Assembly (NCBI GenBank): GCA_020184695.1
Contig: JAANOX010000238.1
Span: 310,001-374,000 of the forward strand
Length of the DNA: 64,000 nucleotides
Reading direction: 5' to 3'
DNA from: Histomonas meleagridis 2922-C6/04-290x
Taxonomy: Eukaryota; Protista; Parabasalia
In this document: piece after piece, positions 42,641-52,772 of the stretch
Layout: the number at the start of each line of letters is the position of its first letter
Position numbering within the stretch: position 1 is the first letter of the stretch
Position numbers and translations under genes: made by a program
Notes under the pieces: generated by a model
The model's database searches: none
Seen by the model: only the letters and a program-made list of their open reading frames with translations
What the model was told of the DNA's origin: nothing

Positions 42641-45241
42641 TCAGTCAGAAAGAATTCCAGTCAAATCGCTATCATCGAATGATTTCTTTACAGCCGAAGA
42701 ATTCCCAGTCGTTTTGGACACTGTTTTACTATCCAAATCCGATATCAAATTATTCGCTGTAATTTTACTTATATTTTTATTCTTAATATTTGAGTTTGTG
42801 TTTGATTCCAACAATTTATTTTTCAATTCGGATGGAAGCGAAATGTTAACATCGTTCGCATTCGTATCATCCAACAACGAAAGTCCGGAAATTGCCGAAA
42901 TTCCGGTGAATTCTTCTTTGTGATTTTTATTATTTTTCGGTTTGATTATCTCGTTAAGAAATGACGAGTCGTCTTTAGTATGTATTGGACTATGCTCATA
43001 TTCGATTAGCGACTTTCGACTTGAGATACTTTTCGCTTGTTTAATTGGTATATTGTCGTCAAGAATTTGCGTGAAGTCGTCTTCAGCTGATGAACTATGT
43101 TTGTGCGCCGTTTCCTTTCTGCCTCGCGACGGATCAATAAGAATGTCTTCGAATTCGTCGTCGTCAATGATTGTTGTCTTCTTGTTCGTTCGACTCGCGG
43201 ACGATATGCTCATGATTTCATCGAACTCCTTTTCGATTGACGTCTGCTTATTGGGATTTGTCGTCTTGTCCGACGGTTTGCTGATGATGTCGTCCAGGTC
43301 AGAGTCGATTGTTGTCTGGTTGTTGGTCTTGGTCGAAGGGCTGATGATGTCGTCCAGATCGAAGTCTGTTGTTGTCTGGTTATTTGTTTTAGTTGTCTTG
43401 TTTCCTGACGTTTTATTTATAGGAGTAATGATGTCGTCCAGATCGAAGTCTGTTGTTGTCTGATTATTAGTATTTGTCTTGTTTCCTGACGTTTTATTTA
43501 TAGGAGTAATGATGTCGTCCAGATCGAAGTCTATCGATGTTTGTTTGATATTTTTATTGGCTTTGCTTCCGGACGAAGTTTTATTTGATGATTTGCTTAT
43601 GATATCAGTAAAATCGTCGTCAATTGATGTCTGCTTGTTAGTTTTGTTTCCGGACGAAGTCGTTCTGTTTGATTTCGATTTGCTCGACGATTTACTTATT
43701 ATGTCATCGAAATCGTCGCCAATTGGTGTTTGCTTGCTAGATTTACTTCCTGAAGAAGTTAATTTATTTGATTTCGATTTGCTCGACGATTTACTTATGA
43801 TGTCATCGAGATCATTAACATTCGTATGTTTATTAGATTTACTTCCAGACGAAGTTAACTTATTTGATGATTTACTTATAGTATCACCGAAATCATTTTT
43901 AGCATTTGTATGTTTATTAGATTTACTTCCAGAAGAAGTTAATTTATTCGATGATTTGCTTATAGTATCACCGAAATCATTTTTAGCATTTGTATGTTTA
44001 TTAGATTTACTTCCAGAAGAAGTTAATTTATTCGATGATTTGCTTGGAATATCATCGAGATCTTTTACATTTTTATTCTGCTTTGTCTTTGAGTTCGTTG
44101 TATTATTTAACGAAAATGTCGAATTTTGCTTACTCGACTTATTGTTATTCATTGGCGTCTTATCAAAAGCAGAAACGGAAATATTCTCAACGTTATTCAC
44201 TTGTTCATTAGAAGTGTTAACATTCTTTGGATGCATTGGCGGCGATGTTTGGCTTTCGGGTTTTCTTCTTCTTACGCTTTTTGTAACTTGTTTAGGCATT
44301 TGTGTATGTATATTTCGATTTGCGTTTTCTCGTTCTCTTTTCCGCATGGCAAATTCTTCTTGCCGCTTATAAAAGTTATCTGAGAAACTACTTTTGCTTC
44401 CATTTGTACGTTTTGTATGATTTGTAGATTGAGTCACTTTTGGAGGACGTTTAACTTGAACCGTGTTGTAATTCGGTTTCGGTTTCGGTTTGATTTCGGT
44501 TTCGTCGGTTTTCGATCGTCTTGGTGAAAGTGCTTCTAAAGTTTTCCGAGTTCTTTCACGTTTCTCTTTTTTAGCAAAATACTCAACTTCACCTTCGAGT
44601 TTTTCGACTTCTTTAAGAAGTTCTTGACGTGTGGCTTGATATTTCTTGTTGAGATATAAGAGATCGGCAAGTCGTGGAACAACACGAGGTGCTTTTTTCT
44701 TTTTCTTTTTTGCGGGTTCAACTTGTGTGGCATCATCTAAAAGAACTACAACTGGTTGATCATTGGATTTATCATCTTGATCTTCAAAACAAAAAATTTG
44801 ATTGACATCGCTTTGGAAATGAATAACAGAAAATTCAAGATGTATTTGCCCAAGAATTTCATCATATCTGTTTTGAAGAGGTAAGGTTATTTGATATGTT
44901 TCTGGTGAGAATTTTTTAATGTCGCTATGACGGTACGCATCAACAATCATTGGGCCTAAATCAAAGCCACATGCACATAAAACTTGGTTGGCTTTATTCG
45001 AAATATAAATATAATGTGGACATACTTGAAAAGCACTGAAACAATCAAGCCTTACAATGTACTCAACCCCACTTCCAACATCTTTATGTATAGTTTCTTC
45101 TGGATTAAATTGGATTGGTGTGATGTCAATTTGTGGAATTTCTCCAATTTGCATTCGAATAAAAAAGTCATCTGAACTTGAACACTCAAGTTCAATAGTT
45201 GAAATAAATACTTGACAATAAAATAATTCCAAATTGTCCAT
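42641..45241 (-). CDS. Hypothetical protein: possible N-terminal C2-like domain, coiled coil, long S/K/T/N/D repeat region
   Basis: 866-aa ATG-initiated ORF. Beta-rich N-terminus (loosely MAP10/DUF4497-like, low confidence), basic coiled coil, and repeats of D(F/L)DDIISKSS. Confidence 0.75.
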   Translation of the reverse strand: MDNLELFYCQVFISTIELECSSSDDFFIRMQIGEIPQIDITPIQFNPEETIHKDVGSGVEYIVRLDCFSAFQVCPHYIYISNKANQVLCACGFDLGPMIVDAYRHSDIKKFSPETYQITLPLQNRYDEILGQIHLEFSVIHFQSDVNQIFCFEDQDDKSNDQPVVVLLDDATQVEPAKKKKKKAPRVVPRLADLLYLNKKYQATRQELLKEVEKLEGEVEYFAKKEKRERTRKTLEALSPRRSKTDETEIKPKPKPNYNTVQVKRPPKVTQSTNHTKRTNGSKSSFSDNFYKRQEEFAMRKRERENANRNIHTQMPKQVTKSVRRRKPESQTSPPMHPKNVNTSNEQVNNVENISVSAFDKTPMNNNKSSKQNSTFSLNNTTNSKTKQNKNVKDLDDIPSKSSNKLTSSGSKSNKHTNAKNDFGDTISKSSNKLTSSGSKSNKHTNAKNDFGDTISKSSNKLTSSGSKSNKHTNVNDLDDIISKSSSKSKSNKLTSSGSKSSKQTPIGDDFDDIISKSSSKSKSNRTTSSGNKTNKQTSIDDDFTDIISKSSNKTSSGSKANKNIKQTSIDFDLDDIITPINKTSGNKTNTNNQTTTDFDLDDIITPINKTSGNKTTKTNNQTTTDFDLDDIISPSTKTNNQTTIDSDLDDIISKPSDKTTNPNKQTSIEKEFDEIMSISSASRTNKKTTIIDDDEFEDILIDPSRGRKETAHKHSSSAEDDFTQILDDNIPIKQAKSISSRKSLIEYEHSPIHTKDDSSFLNEIIKPKNNKNHKEEFTGISAISGLSLLDDTNANDVNISLPSELKNKLLESNTNSNIKNKNISKITANNLISDLDSKTVSKTTGNSSAVKKSFDDSDLTGILSD
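43200..44060 (-). repeat. Intragenic tandem repeats (75-nt units and shorter DFDLDDII units)
   Basis: KSSNKLTSSGSKSNKHTNAKNDFGD...x3 and TTDFDLDDIITPINKTSGNKT-type units; visible DNA repeats such as GATGATGTCGTCCAGATCGAAGTC. Confidence 0.9.
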
Positions 45242-45677
45242 TTTAATTTGCTTTATCCTCTTGCATACGTTTATTTTTTGTTAGCGAACGTTAATACTCA
45301 TAACGGATTTTAAATGATTTTGATTTTGTCTTCTTTCTTTGTCTAGAAAACTAATGAGATTATTTGACAAGAAAACAATATTTATTTTAAAAAGCAAATA
45401 ATGGTAATAAAAATTAAAAATCATATATTATGGATATCTAATATTGATATGATGCATTAATATAAAATTTCAAATCATTATTCACTGCTCTTTAATTTAA
45501 TAAATTTGAACTATTTTAATATGAAATGATGATAAAGATTTATTTTTAAAAGAGTATATTTTTCAATTATTACTATTAATTAATTCCAAATTAAAGAGTT
45601 TTACATTAAGTATTAGTTTCTAAAATTCTTTTATAACAGAGTAGAAATAGAGAAATGCAAAATGTGATGTTTATGAT

Positions 45678-46148
45678 TTAAAGCCTTCTACCACGGCGAC
45701 CACCCTTACGACGTGTTGAATCGTGTGGAAGTGGTGTAACATCTTCGATACGGCCAATCTTAAGACCAGCACGAGCAAGGGCACGGAGAGCGCTTTGAGC
45801 GCCTTGGGCTGGGAGACGGCGTGAAGAACCACCCTTACCAGAGAACTTGATGTGGAGTCCATCGATACCCATTGTTTTGAGACGTGCAGCAACCATTTGT
45901 GCAGCAAGCATAGCAGCGTATGGTGTTGATTGATCACGTTGGGCTTTAACAACCATACCACCAGTTACCTTAACAAGAGTTTCGGCACCAGAGAGATCTG
46001 TAACGTGGATGAATGTATCATTCTTTGTAGCATAGATATGAGCAACACCAAGTGCAATTTCGTTTTGTGCCTTGGTTGGACCAACATAAGCTTCTTCCTT
46101 TGTCTTTTTTGTTGCTTGTTGTTTGGCTTCAACAGTTGGTTTAGACAT
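45678..46148 (-). CDS. RPS14: 40S ribosomal protein S14 (uS11)
   Basis: [47 protein letters not shown]...[39 protein letters not shown]. Confidence 0.99.
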   Translation of the reverse strand: MSKPTVEAKQQATKKTKEEAYVGPTKAQNEIALGVAHIYATKNDTFIHVTDLSGAETLVKVTGGMVVKAQRDQSTPYAAMLAAQMVAARLKTMGIDGLHIKFSGKGGSSRRLPAQGAQSALRALARAGLKIGRIEDVTPLPHDSTRRKGGRRGRRL

Positions 46149-46255
46149 CCAAAAAAAGGCCGACCAAGACGATAGGGAAAGTGCTCTATCGTAAATCGGT
46201 TATACCAATTTACATAAAAAGTGATATGATATAAAGTATTTAATTCTATTTGCAA

Positions 46256-47182
46256 ATGGAAAAAGACCAAAAAGCACTAAATAAATCACCACTTAAAAGC
46301 TTCGATATAGAAGGTGTCGTAGATTATATAAAAAGCGGGAAGGCAAAAAATATAATATTTATGACTGGTGCAGGAATGAGTTGTGGAGCTGGAATTCCAG
46401 ATTTTCGTTCTATTGGAACAGGCATTTATTCTAACCTCGATAAATATCATCTAGAAAATCCATCAGACATATTTACATTATCATACTTCAATAAGCATCC
46501 CGAACCATTTTTTGATTTTGTCGGAAATCTACTTCCTGGTAATTCATCACCCACACCTGCTCATTACTTTATTAAGTTGGTGTATCAAAAAGGACTACTT
46601 CTTCGTCAATATACACAAAATATTGATGGATTAGAAAGGGCTGTTGGAATACCATTAGATCATCTCGTTGAAGCGCATGGAACATTTTTCACTGCTCATT
46701 GTCAAAAATGTAAACGAGAGTATGATCTTGACTTTATTCGTCAAGATTTAATGAAAAAGGAAGTTTTACATTGTAAAAGCGAAGACTGTGATGGTGTTGT
46801 CAAACCTGATATTGTTTTCTTTGGAGAAAACCTTCCATCATTTCATCCACGACCAGATTTCTCCAAATGCGATTTATTAATAATCATTGGAACTTCACTA
46901 AAAGTTAATCCATTTGCATCATTGACTTCGTATGTCGGTGAAAACGTACCGAGGGTATTGATTAACAACCAAAAAGTTGCTGTTTATACTGAAACAATTG
47001 AAGAAATCGACGGAACCGAATATAAAATTCTTCCTCAAAATCACCGCGCGCTACTTAAATATGATCATCCTTCCAACACAAGAGATGTTTATCTCGGAGG
47101 TGACTGTCAAGAAACGATCAAAAAGCTTGTGAAGCTTTTAGGATGGGAAAAAGAATTTAACGATTTGATGAATAAAAAGTAA
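46256..47182 (+). CDS. SIR2: Sirtuin (class I, SIRT2/Hst2-like NAD-dependent deacylase)
   Basis: GAGMSCGAGIPDFRS, YTQNIDGLE, EAHGTF...CxxC...CxxxxC, VKPDIVFFGE, IGTSLKVNPFA, LIN. First ATG at 46256. Confidence 0.95.
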   Translation: MEKDQKALNKSPLKSFDIEGVVDYIKSGKAKNIIFMTGAGMSCGAGIPDFRSIGTGIYSNLDKYHLENPSDIFTLSYFNKHPEPFFDFVGNLLPGNSSPTPAHYFIKLVYQKGLLLRQYTQNIDGLERAVGIPLDHLVEAHGTFFTAHCQKCKREYDLDFIRQDLMKKEVLHCKSEDCDGVVKPDIVFFGENLPSFHPRPDFSKCDLLIIIGTSLKVNPFASLTSYVGENVPRVLINNQKVAVYTETIEEIDGTEYKILPQNHRALLKYDHPSNTRDVYLGGDCQETIKKLVKLLGWEKEFNDLMNKK

Positions 47183-47525
47183 TTATGTGTTATATGTAAA
47201 GTGAAGTTTTATAATAAAATTTATCTGCACATTTCAATAATTTTCACATGTTCTAAATATATAGAATAATATATAATTAGGTTACTTAGAGTTAAAGATA
47301 CACCAAATAATTGTATTTAATGAATAAATTATGTAATTTTTTATTTGAAAAAATCATTAGATTTCAAAAATTCAAAAATATCCTATGATACTTTTAATGT
47401 ATTCAATTAAAATATTAATCAGCTTTGTTAAATAATAACTTGTTTAAAATTTACAATATTTGGAAAAAGAATTGTGATTTTAGTTCTGTTGTTTACAAAA
47501 AAATTGACGGTGTTTTGTTCCTGCA

Positions 47526-50093
47526 ATGCTCCAACAAGTTGCTTCAATTTTTGTTCAAACATATTCTGTTCAAGGACCAGATGCTAATGAACAGATCAAA
47601 ATTGCTGAACAAATGCTGGATCAATTTGGTGGAAGTCCAGATTTTTGCTGTTGTCTATTTCAAATAATTGTTTCAAAAGAAATGTCAACGTCAATTCGTC
47701 AATCAGCATGCATTTATCTAACTAACATGATTTTATACCATTATGATGATATTCCACCTCAATCAAAGGAATTAATAGTCAAAAACATTCCAGAATTATT
47801 ACTAAATTCAAATCTAGATATTTTTGGAATACTTATGAAACTTACATCTGCTATTGTTTCAAAAGCATTTCCACAAAATCAATGGCCAGATCTCTTAACA
47901 ATTATTTCAAATAATTTTCAAACTGCAGGAAATGGAGTTTTGGTAGCACTTATGTTATCAAAAAATGTTTCATCACTTTTTAAAACATTAACAGACATGG
48001 TAATCCCATTATACTCAACATTTTGTGAATCAATTATCCCAATTCTAACCAGAATTATATCAGAGAACAGACCACTTCTTGAAATCTCTTTATGTTTTAA
48101 GATTATTCGACTTTTATCGATTAGTTCATATCCACAAATTTTTGCTACTCATCCCGATATCATGAACCATTGGTTTAATTATGTAGCATCTATTGAGGAT
48201 AAATCAGAGCTTCCACATTTTGACCTTTTGGCGTGTTCTGTTATATCATTTTGTACAACATATTTTTACAAATATCCGGAAATTCTTGATCCGATACTTT
48301 CAGTTTCTGTCTTAAACGCAATTGTTTCCATTTCACTGATGAACATTAACACTAAATTGCAGGGAAAATGTGTATTATTTTTCAAATATGCTATTTTCTA
48401 TCCTCCGACTTGGAATTCGATCATTGCTGACATAGATAACTTTACACAAATTGTTTTATTCCCATATTTTCAACTTAGTGAAAATGATCTTTTAGATTTT
48501 GAAAATGATCCTCAACAATTTATCTTAAATTTCCATTCATTTTCATATGATGAATCCGATCCACGTGCATATCTACTTGAAATATTACGTTTTCAAGCAG
48601 AATGTTCAGTAGAACTTCGAGAGTCATTCACACGATTATTTAAAGCCTCCATAAGTTATGGTGATCCTTTAGTAATTTTTTCGTACAGCCTAATGTTTTC
48701 ATCTGTAGCGCCATTTGTTAATCCACAGGATATTTTAAATGACATCATTCCATTACTACAAAATCCGACGATAATAATTCAATGCGCTGCGTTAATTTCA
48801 CTGCGTTATCTAAAAGTGCCGCTCGAAATAATTTATCAAACTTTTGTATTATTACAAAGTCCTTCAATTCTTATCCAATATTACTCAGCTATTAATTTAA
48901 CAAAATATTTACCTAAACTTACAACCGAAGAATCTCAAAAACTTCGTGAAATCTGTTCACAAAATATAATTAACATATTGCAAATTTATTTTAAGTTATC
49001 TGAAGAATTCAATGATTACAGCTTTATTGAGCTCATACAAATTTACATTAAATTTTTCGGACCTGAATTGTTTAATCATGCGATTGGATTCATCCAAGAA
49101 ACATATCAATTATTTTTAAAATGTGTCTCATTGAACAATCAAATTTCTGCTAATATTATCTTATCATCTCTTTCAATATTTATCCAAATGTTAGCACTAC
49201 AGCCGGAAATATGCGATATAGTATGCAACTTTTTGTTTAAGCAAATTCTGAGCGATATTCCAAAAGTGCCACTGCCAATTATTGAATCATTAATTGATTT
49301 AATATCAAGTATAATCTCATCAGTTTCCATAATAACATCAATTCATTGGGAAATATTTCATATCTTTCAACCATTGCAAACGTATTTTCCATATGAAATC
49401 TGTATTTCATATCGAAACTTAATCATTCGCGATCAAGCGACAGCGAAAACTCCTGAAATAGCAAAAGAGCTCATTAATGTATCGATGCAAATGTTAAATA
49501 CTATTGGAACGTTTCAAATCACACCAATTATATCTTTATTAACAACTATTTTCGTCGTGTTAAAAGATATTTCAGGTGCGGAACAACTCTTTAACATGTT
49601 GTTACCAATTGTTATTGATCTGTTTAACTCGCCAGGCACTATGTATTATGCGTCGAATCTATTCGCTGCAATGATTTTATACAACGCGGAATATTTATTC
49701 CAAATTCTCCAAAATAATAAAAACTCAATAATCGAAATATGGTTAAATCATTGTCATTTCCAAGAGCTAATGGCAGTGATCACGAATAAATATCAAATGT
49801 TCTCATTAAATGAATTAATTGTCATGTCGATAAAAGCAATACAATTACTGAACGAAGAGGTTAAAAATATTATAATCGAACAAATGGACCAAAATTTGTT
49901 AAAATTTGAAGACGCTCCTGATCAAGTTCAAATAAAATCATTACAATTGTTCCAAGAAAAATCTTTGATCAACGATTTGTTCAATTTGATTAATAAAATT
50001 AACCAAGAAAATCAAGGATTCCAACAATCTATACAAAATAGCTTTAACGAACCTCTCTTAGAGATATATAACAGAGCAATTTCTTATTTTTAA
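47526..50093 (+). CDS. Importin-beta-family HEAT protein (importin-7/8-like)
   Basis: 855 aa: AEQ.L.Q, IRQSACIYL.N.I, FP..QWPDLL, and DLLDFENDPQQFI matching the IBN_N/Cse1-type pattern. Confidence 0.75.
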   Translation: MLQQVASIFVQTYSVQGPDANEQIKIAEQMLDQFGGSPDFCCCLFQIIVSKEMSTSIRQSACIYLTNMILYHYDDIPPQSKELIVKNIPELLLNSNLDIFGILMKLTSAIVSKAFPQNQWPDLLTIISNNFQTAGNGVLVALMLSKNVSSLFKTLTDMVIPLYSTFCESIIPILTRIISENRPLLEISLCFKIIRLLSISSYPQIFATHPDIMNHWFNYVASIEDKSELPHFDLLACSVISFCTTYFYKYPEILDPILSVSVLNAIVSISLMNINTKLQGKCVLFFKYAIFYPPTWNSIIADIDNFTQIVLFPYFQLSENDLLDFENDPQQFILNFHSFSYDESDPRAYLLEILRFQAECSVELRESFTRLFKASISYGDPLVIFSYSLMFSSVAPFVNPQDILNDIIPLLQNPTIIIQCAALISLRYLKVPLEIIYQTFVLLQSPSILIQYYSAINLTKYLPKLTTEESQKLREICSQNIINILQIYFKLSEEFNDYSFIELIQIYIKFFGPELFNHAIGFIQETYQLFLKCVSLNNQISANIILSSLSIFIQMLALQPEICDIVCNFLFKQILSDIPKVPLPIIESLIDLISSIISSVSIITSIHWEIFHIFQPLQTYFPYEICISYRNLIIRDQATAKTPEIAKELINVSMQMLNTIGTFQITPIISLLTTIFVVLKDISGAEQLFNMLLPIVIDLFNSPGTMYYASNLFAAMILYNAEYLFQILQNNKNSIIEIWLNHCHFQELMAVITNKYQMFSLNELIVMSIKAIQLLNEEVKNIIIEQMDQNLLKFEDAPDQVQIKSLQLFQEKSLINDLFNLINKINQENQGFQQSIQNSFNEPLLEIYNRAISYF

Positions 50094-50183
50094 AATATAT
50101 ATATTTAAAATTTGTTTTTTGTAGTGTCAAAAAAAATTCTGTGTGAATTCAAATTTGAATCCGTTTTGGGGTGCCCGAATTTG

Positions 50184-50191
50184 TGCGGTTA
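50184..50191 (+). promoter_or_regulatory. M3-like Myb element TGCGGTTA upstream of CHMP1
   Basis: Lies 12 nt before ATG 50204 and matches the trichomonad M3 consensus. Confidence 0.45.
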
Positions 50192-50203
50192 ATATTTTGC
50201 TAA

Positions 50204-50743
50204 ATGAACCAGGCTGACTTCCAAATCAGAATGCAAGCAAAACAACTTGAGCGTGAGGCCAAGAAAATGCAAAAGGAAGCAGAAAAAGAAAGAAGGAAAG
50301 CTAAGAATGAATTAAAGCGTGGAAATCGTGCTGCTGCTCAACTTTACGCTCAAAATGCAGTTCGTTATGAACAACAAGCTACACAACTTCTTCAAAGTGC
50401 TGCAACTACAATGGGTTATCAAGTAGATATGAAGAATGCTCAAACATCTGCTCAAATGGCGAGAACAATGGGTGCTGCTACTAAAGGAATGAATGATTCA
50501 TTGAAGCACACAAATCTCCAACAAATTTCAGCAACACGTCAAAAGTATGATCAACAAAAAGATAAAATGGGCGCTGCTAACATGTTAATTCAAGGTGATA
50601 GTGCAGATGCTGTTTCTCTCGAAGCTGATGATCTCATGAGCCAACTTGAAGCAGAGACAAATGAAGAAGCTATTGCTGCTTTCAATGATGTTCCATTAGA
50701 TATCCCAATGGAAAACAATGGCCAAGCACAGGCTCTTCCATAA
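50204..50743 (+). CDS. CHMP1: ESCRT-III CHMP1/Did2 (Vps46)-like
   Basis: AKQLEREAKK..KE...E..KAK..LK.GN...A.LYAQNAVR..Q.A..L...A; Snf7-family size (179 aa). Confidence 0.85.
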   Translation: MNQADFQIRMQAKQLEREAKKMQKEAEKERRKAKNELKRGNRAAAQLYAQNAVRYEQQATQLLQSAATTMGYQVDMKNAQTSAQMARTMGAATKGMNDSLKHTNLQQISATRQKYDQQKDKMGAANMLIQGDSADAVSLEADDLMSQLEAETNEEAIAAFNDVPLDIPMENNGQAQALP

Positions 50744-50904
50744 AAAACCATATCAAAAAACTCTTAAAATTTTTATTCATCTGCAGTTGAGATGAGAAAT
50801 TTTATCGTTGCAGTTACCTGCATAACTTTTTGAGAACATTTGACAAAAGATTTGTCACACAATTCACTTTTTGATTGAGAGGGCCTTTCGTTAACAGAAA
50901 GGAA

Positions 50905-51231
50905 ATGGATATTGAACCGAATTCATTAGAGTGTAGTAGGCTATTACAGCCTCAAAGTAAAGATAGTGAATTTAGAGCGGAACTGTTGCAACCATGTTCT
51001 GCCGGAAATGTGGCATTTTTAAAAAATGCTTATTATGGTTGCTTTAAACTACACCCTTCGGACTTGTTGGCTAAAATTAAAAGACAATCAGCGCAATACC
51101 CAAAAAGAGTGTTCACTTGGGTTGATGAACCAAAAATAACTGATGATCAAAACGTCGACTCAACTCAAATTACTGGTTCATTTGAAAGCTCACAGCTGCT
51201 TAAAACCAACTGTGAGTTTGGGCTCTTTTGA
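50905..51231 (+). CDS. Small hypothetical protein
   Basis: 108-aa ORF from the first ATG (MDIEPNSLEC); protein-like composition, no motif. Confidence 0.5.
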   Translation: MDIEPNSLECSRLLQPQSKDSEFRAELLQPCSAGNVAFLKNAYYGCFKLHPSDLLAKIKRQSAQYPKRVFTWVDEPKITDDQNVDSTQITGSFESSQLLKTNCEFGLF

Positions 51232-51511
51232 TGAGCTATTAATTAAACATTAATTAATTTTAATTTCGAAATTGAGAGTTAATATTAGCATAAGCGCATT
51301 TTTTCATGATGATTGTTTTACCTTTGGGTTTAGCTAAAGAAGATTCTTTACAAATTAAAAAAAATTAGAATCACAAATTTTGATTTTTCTTATTGTTTAA
51401 AATATTAATTTATTATATTTTTGAAATTTAAGGAGTTCTATTTTTTATAATAATTTTGCTTAAAAGAAGTGTCACATCTATGAATTTTTGTCTTGTTTCA
51501 GCTATACATTA

Positions 51512-52039
51512 TTAAGAATTAATTTTAGGTTTATTCAACAAATTATCAATAGAAAAAAAATCAAGTGGATCATTATAATTACACCTTAATGATGTTAATT
51601 CTTTAGGATTTTCAAATGTATTTCTTATTGACCTGCAAGCAATTTTTTGTCCTGCTTCTATAAAATCTCTTTTATCATCTGGATTCAATCCGATTGATTT
51701 TGCTTTCCTCACTATCGTATTCCATCTATTTTTTACATTATTTTGTGTTCTGTTTTTAAAAAAGCACACAAGTGCTCCCCATTTTTTCCCGTACTTTTGT
51801 GCAAGATCAAAAAGTATACCATCTTCATCTGGTGTCCATGCTGTTCTATTAACATCAGGTGATAAATATGTAAACCATCTTTCTTTACATTGTTTTGCAC
51901 TTCTTCCTGGGAGATGGTTTGAAACAATTTCCCAGCTATTTGTTCCATAATTATTGACAAGATATTGAAGAATACGATCTTCCTGACTTGTAAATACAAA
52001 TCTATATCTCTTACTTTTTTGTTGTGGAAATTTATTCAT
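51512..52039 (-). CDS. R2R3 Myb transcription factor (paralog of 10309-10878)
   Basis: FTSQED..L..LV..YG..SW..VS..LPGRSAKQCKERWFTYL.PDVNRTAWTPDED...YGKKW...F.NRT.NNVKNRWN; C-terminal DPLDFFSIDNLLN. Confidence 0.93.
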   Translation of the reverse strand: MNKFPQQKSKRYRFVFTSQEDRILQYLVNNYGTNSWEIVSNHLPGRSAKQCKERWFTYLSPDVNRTAWTPDEDGILFDLAQKYGKKWGALVCFFKNRTQNNVKNRWNTIVRKAKSIGLNPDDKRDFIEAGQKIACRSIRNTFENPKELTSLRCNYNDPLDFFSIDNLLNKPKINS

Positions 52040-52772
52040 AAAGTTAAAAGTGTGAATTAATGTTATTTTTTTATTCAGCGTTCAAATCATCTGTCTTCTA
52101 GAATTTTCTTTTAAATTCCGAAAAGACACATTTTTATTTGAATATCTTCTATAAATTGTTTCGTTCAAAAGCTCAAAACTATTTTAAATTTGATTCGCTT
52201 TTGATGAATTTAATTTTCTTTGTTCAGCAAATAAACTTTTTAAATCTACCAACATCACCAAAGCGTTATATTGAAAATAAAAACCATAGCAATTACAACA
52301 CATTATAAAAATGTCCTTTCGTCATCCCGTGGAGACCACAATTCCATAAAGATGACGCAGTGAAAAATGTCCACCGAACAATTTGACGAAATGATAAAGC
52401 TTATGATTATCAAGTTAAGTAATTTAAAATATTGTAAAACATACTACAATCATTAATGTTTTATTATATAATTAGTGTTTTTGCTGCCCATAGATTCGCA
52501 TTAATTTTCATATTAAGTGATTATTTAATCAGAACGTTGGCAACACCTCCATTTTGTTCGATTTTTACCCAAAATGAAAAACTCCATATATAATAAAGAA
52601 CGAATATGTAATCCGTACATAAAATAAAAACATATGTCTTTTCATTAATAAACTTCCATTTTAGGTCGCATAATTTATATTTTAACCAAAATTTGAAAGT
52701 TTTTTTGAGTAAACAGTTTTTCATATAAAATCACAGAAAAATTATAAATTTATTTTTATTTAATATACAGAT

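Noticed and set aside
42942-44372. Plus-strand ORFs of 173 and 297 aa
   Set aside because: Antisense shadows of the repeat-rich 866-aa gene. Its codons (GAC/GAT, TCA/AGC, AAA) give few antisense stops, and the peptides are mirror repeats.
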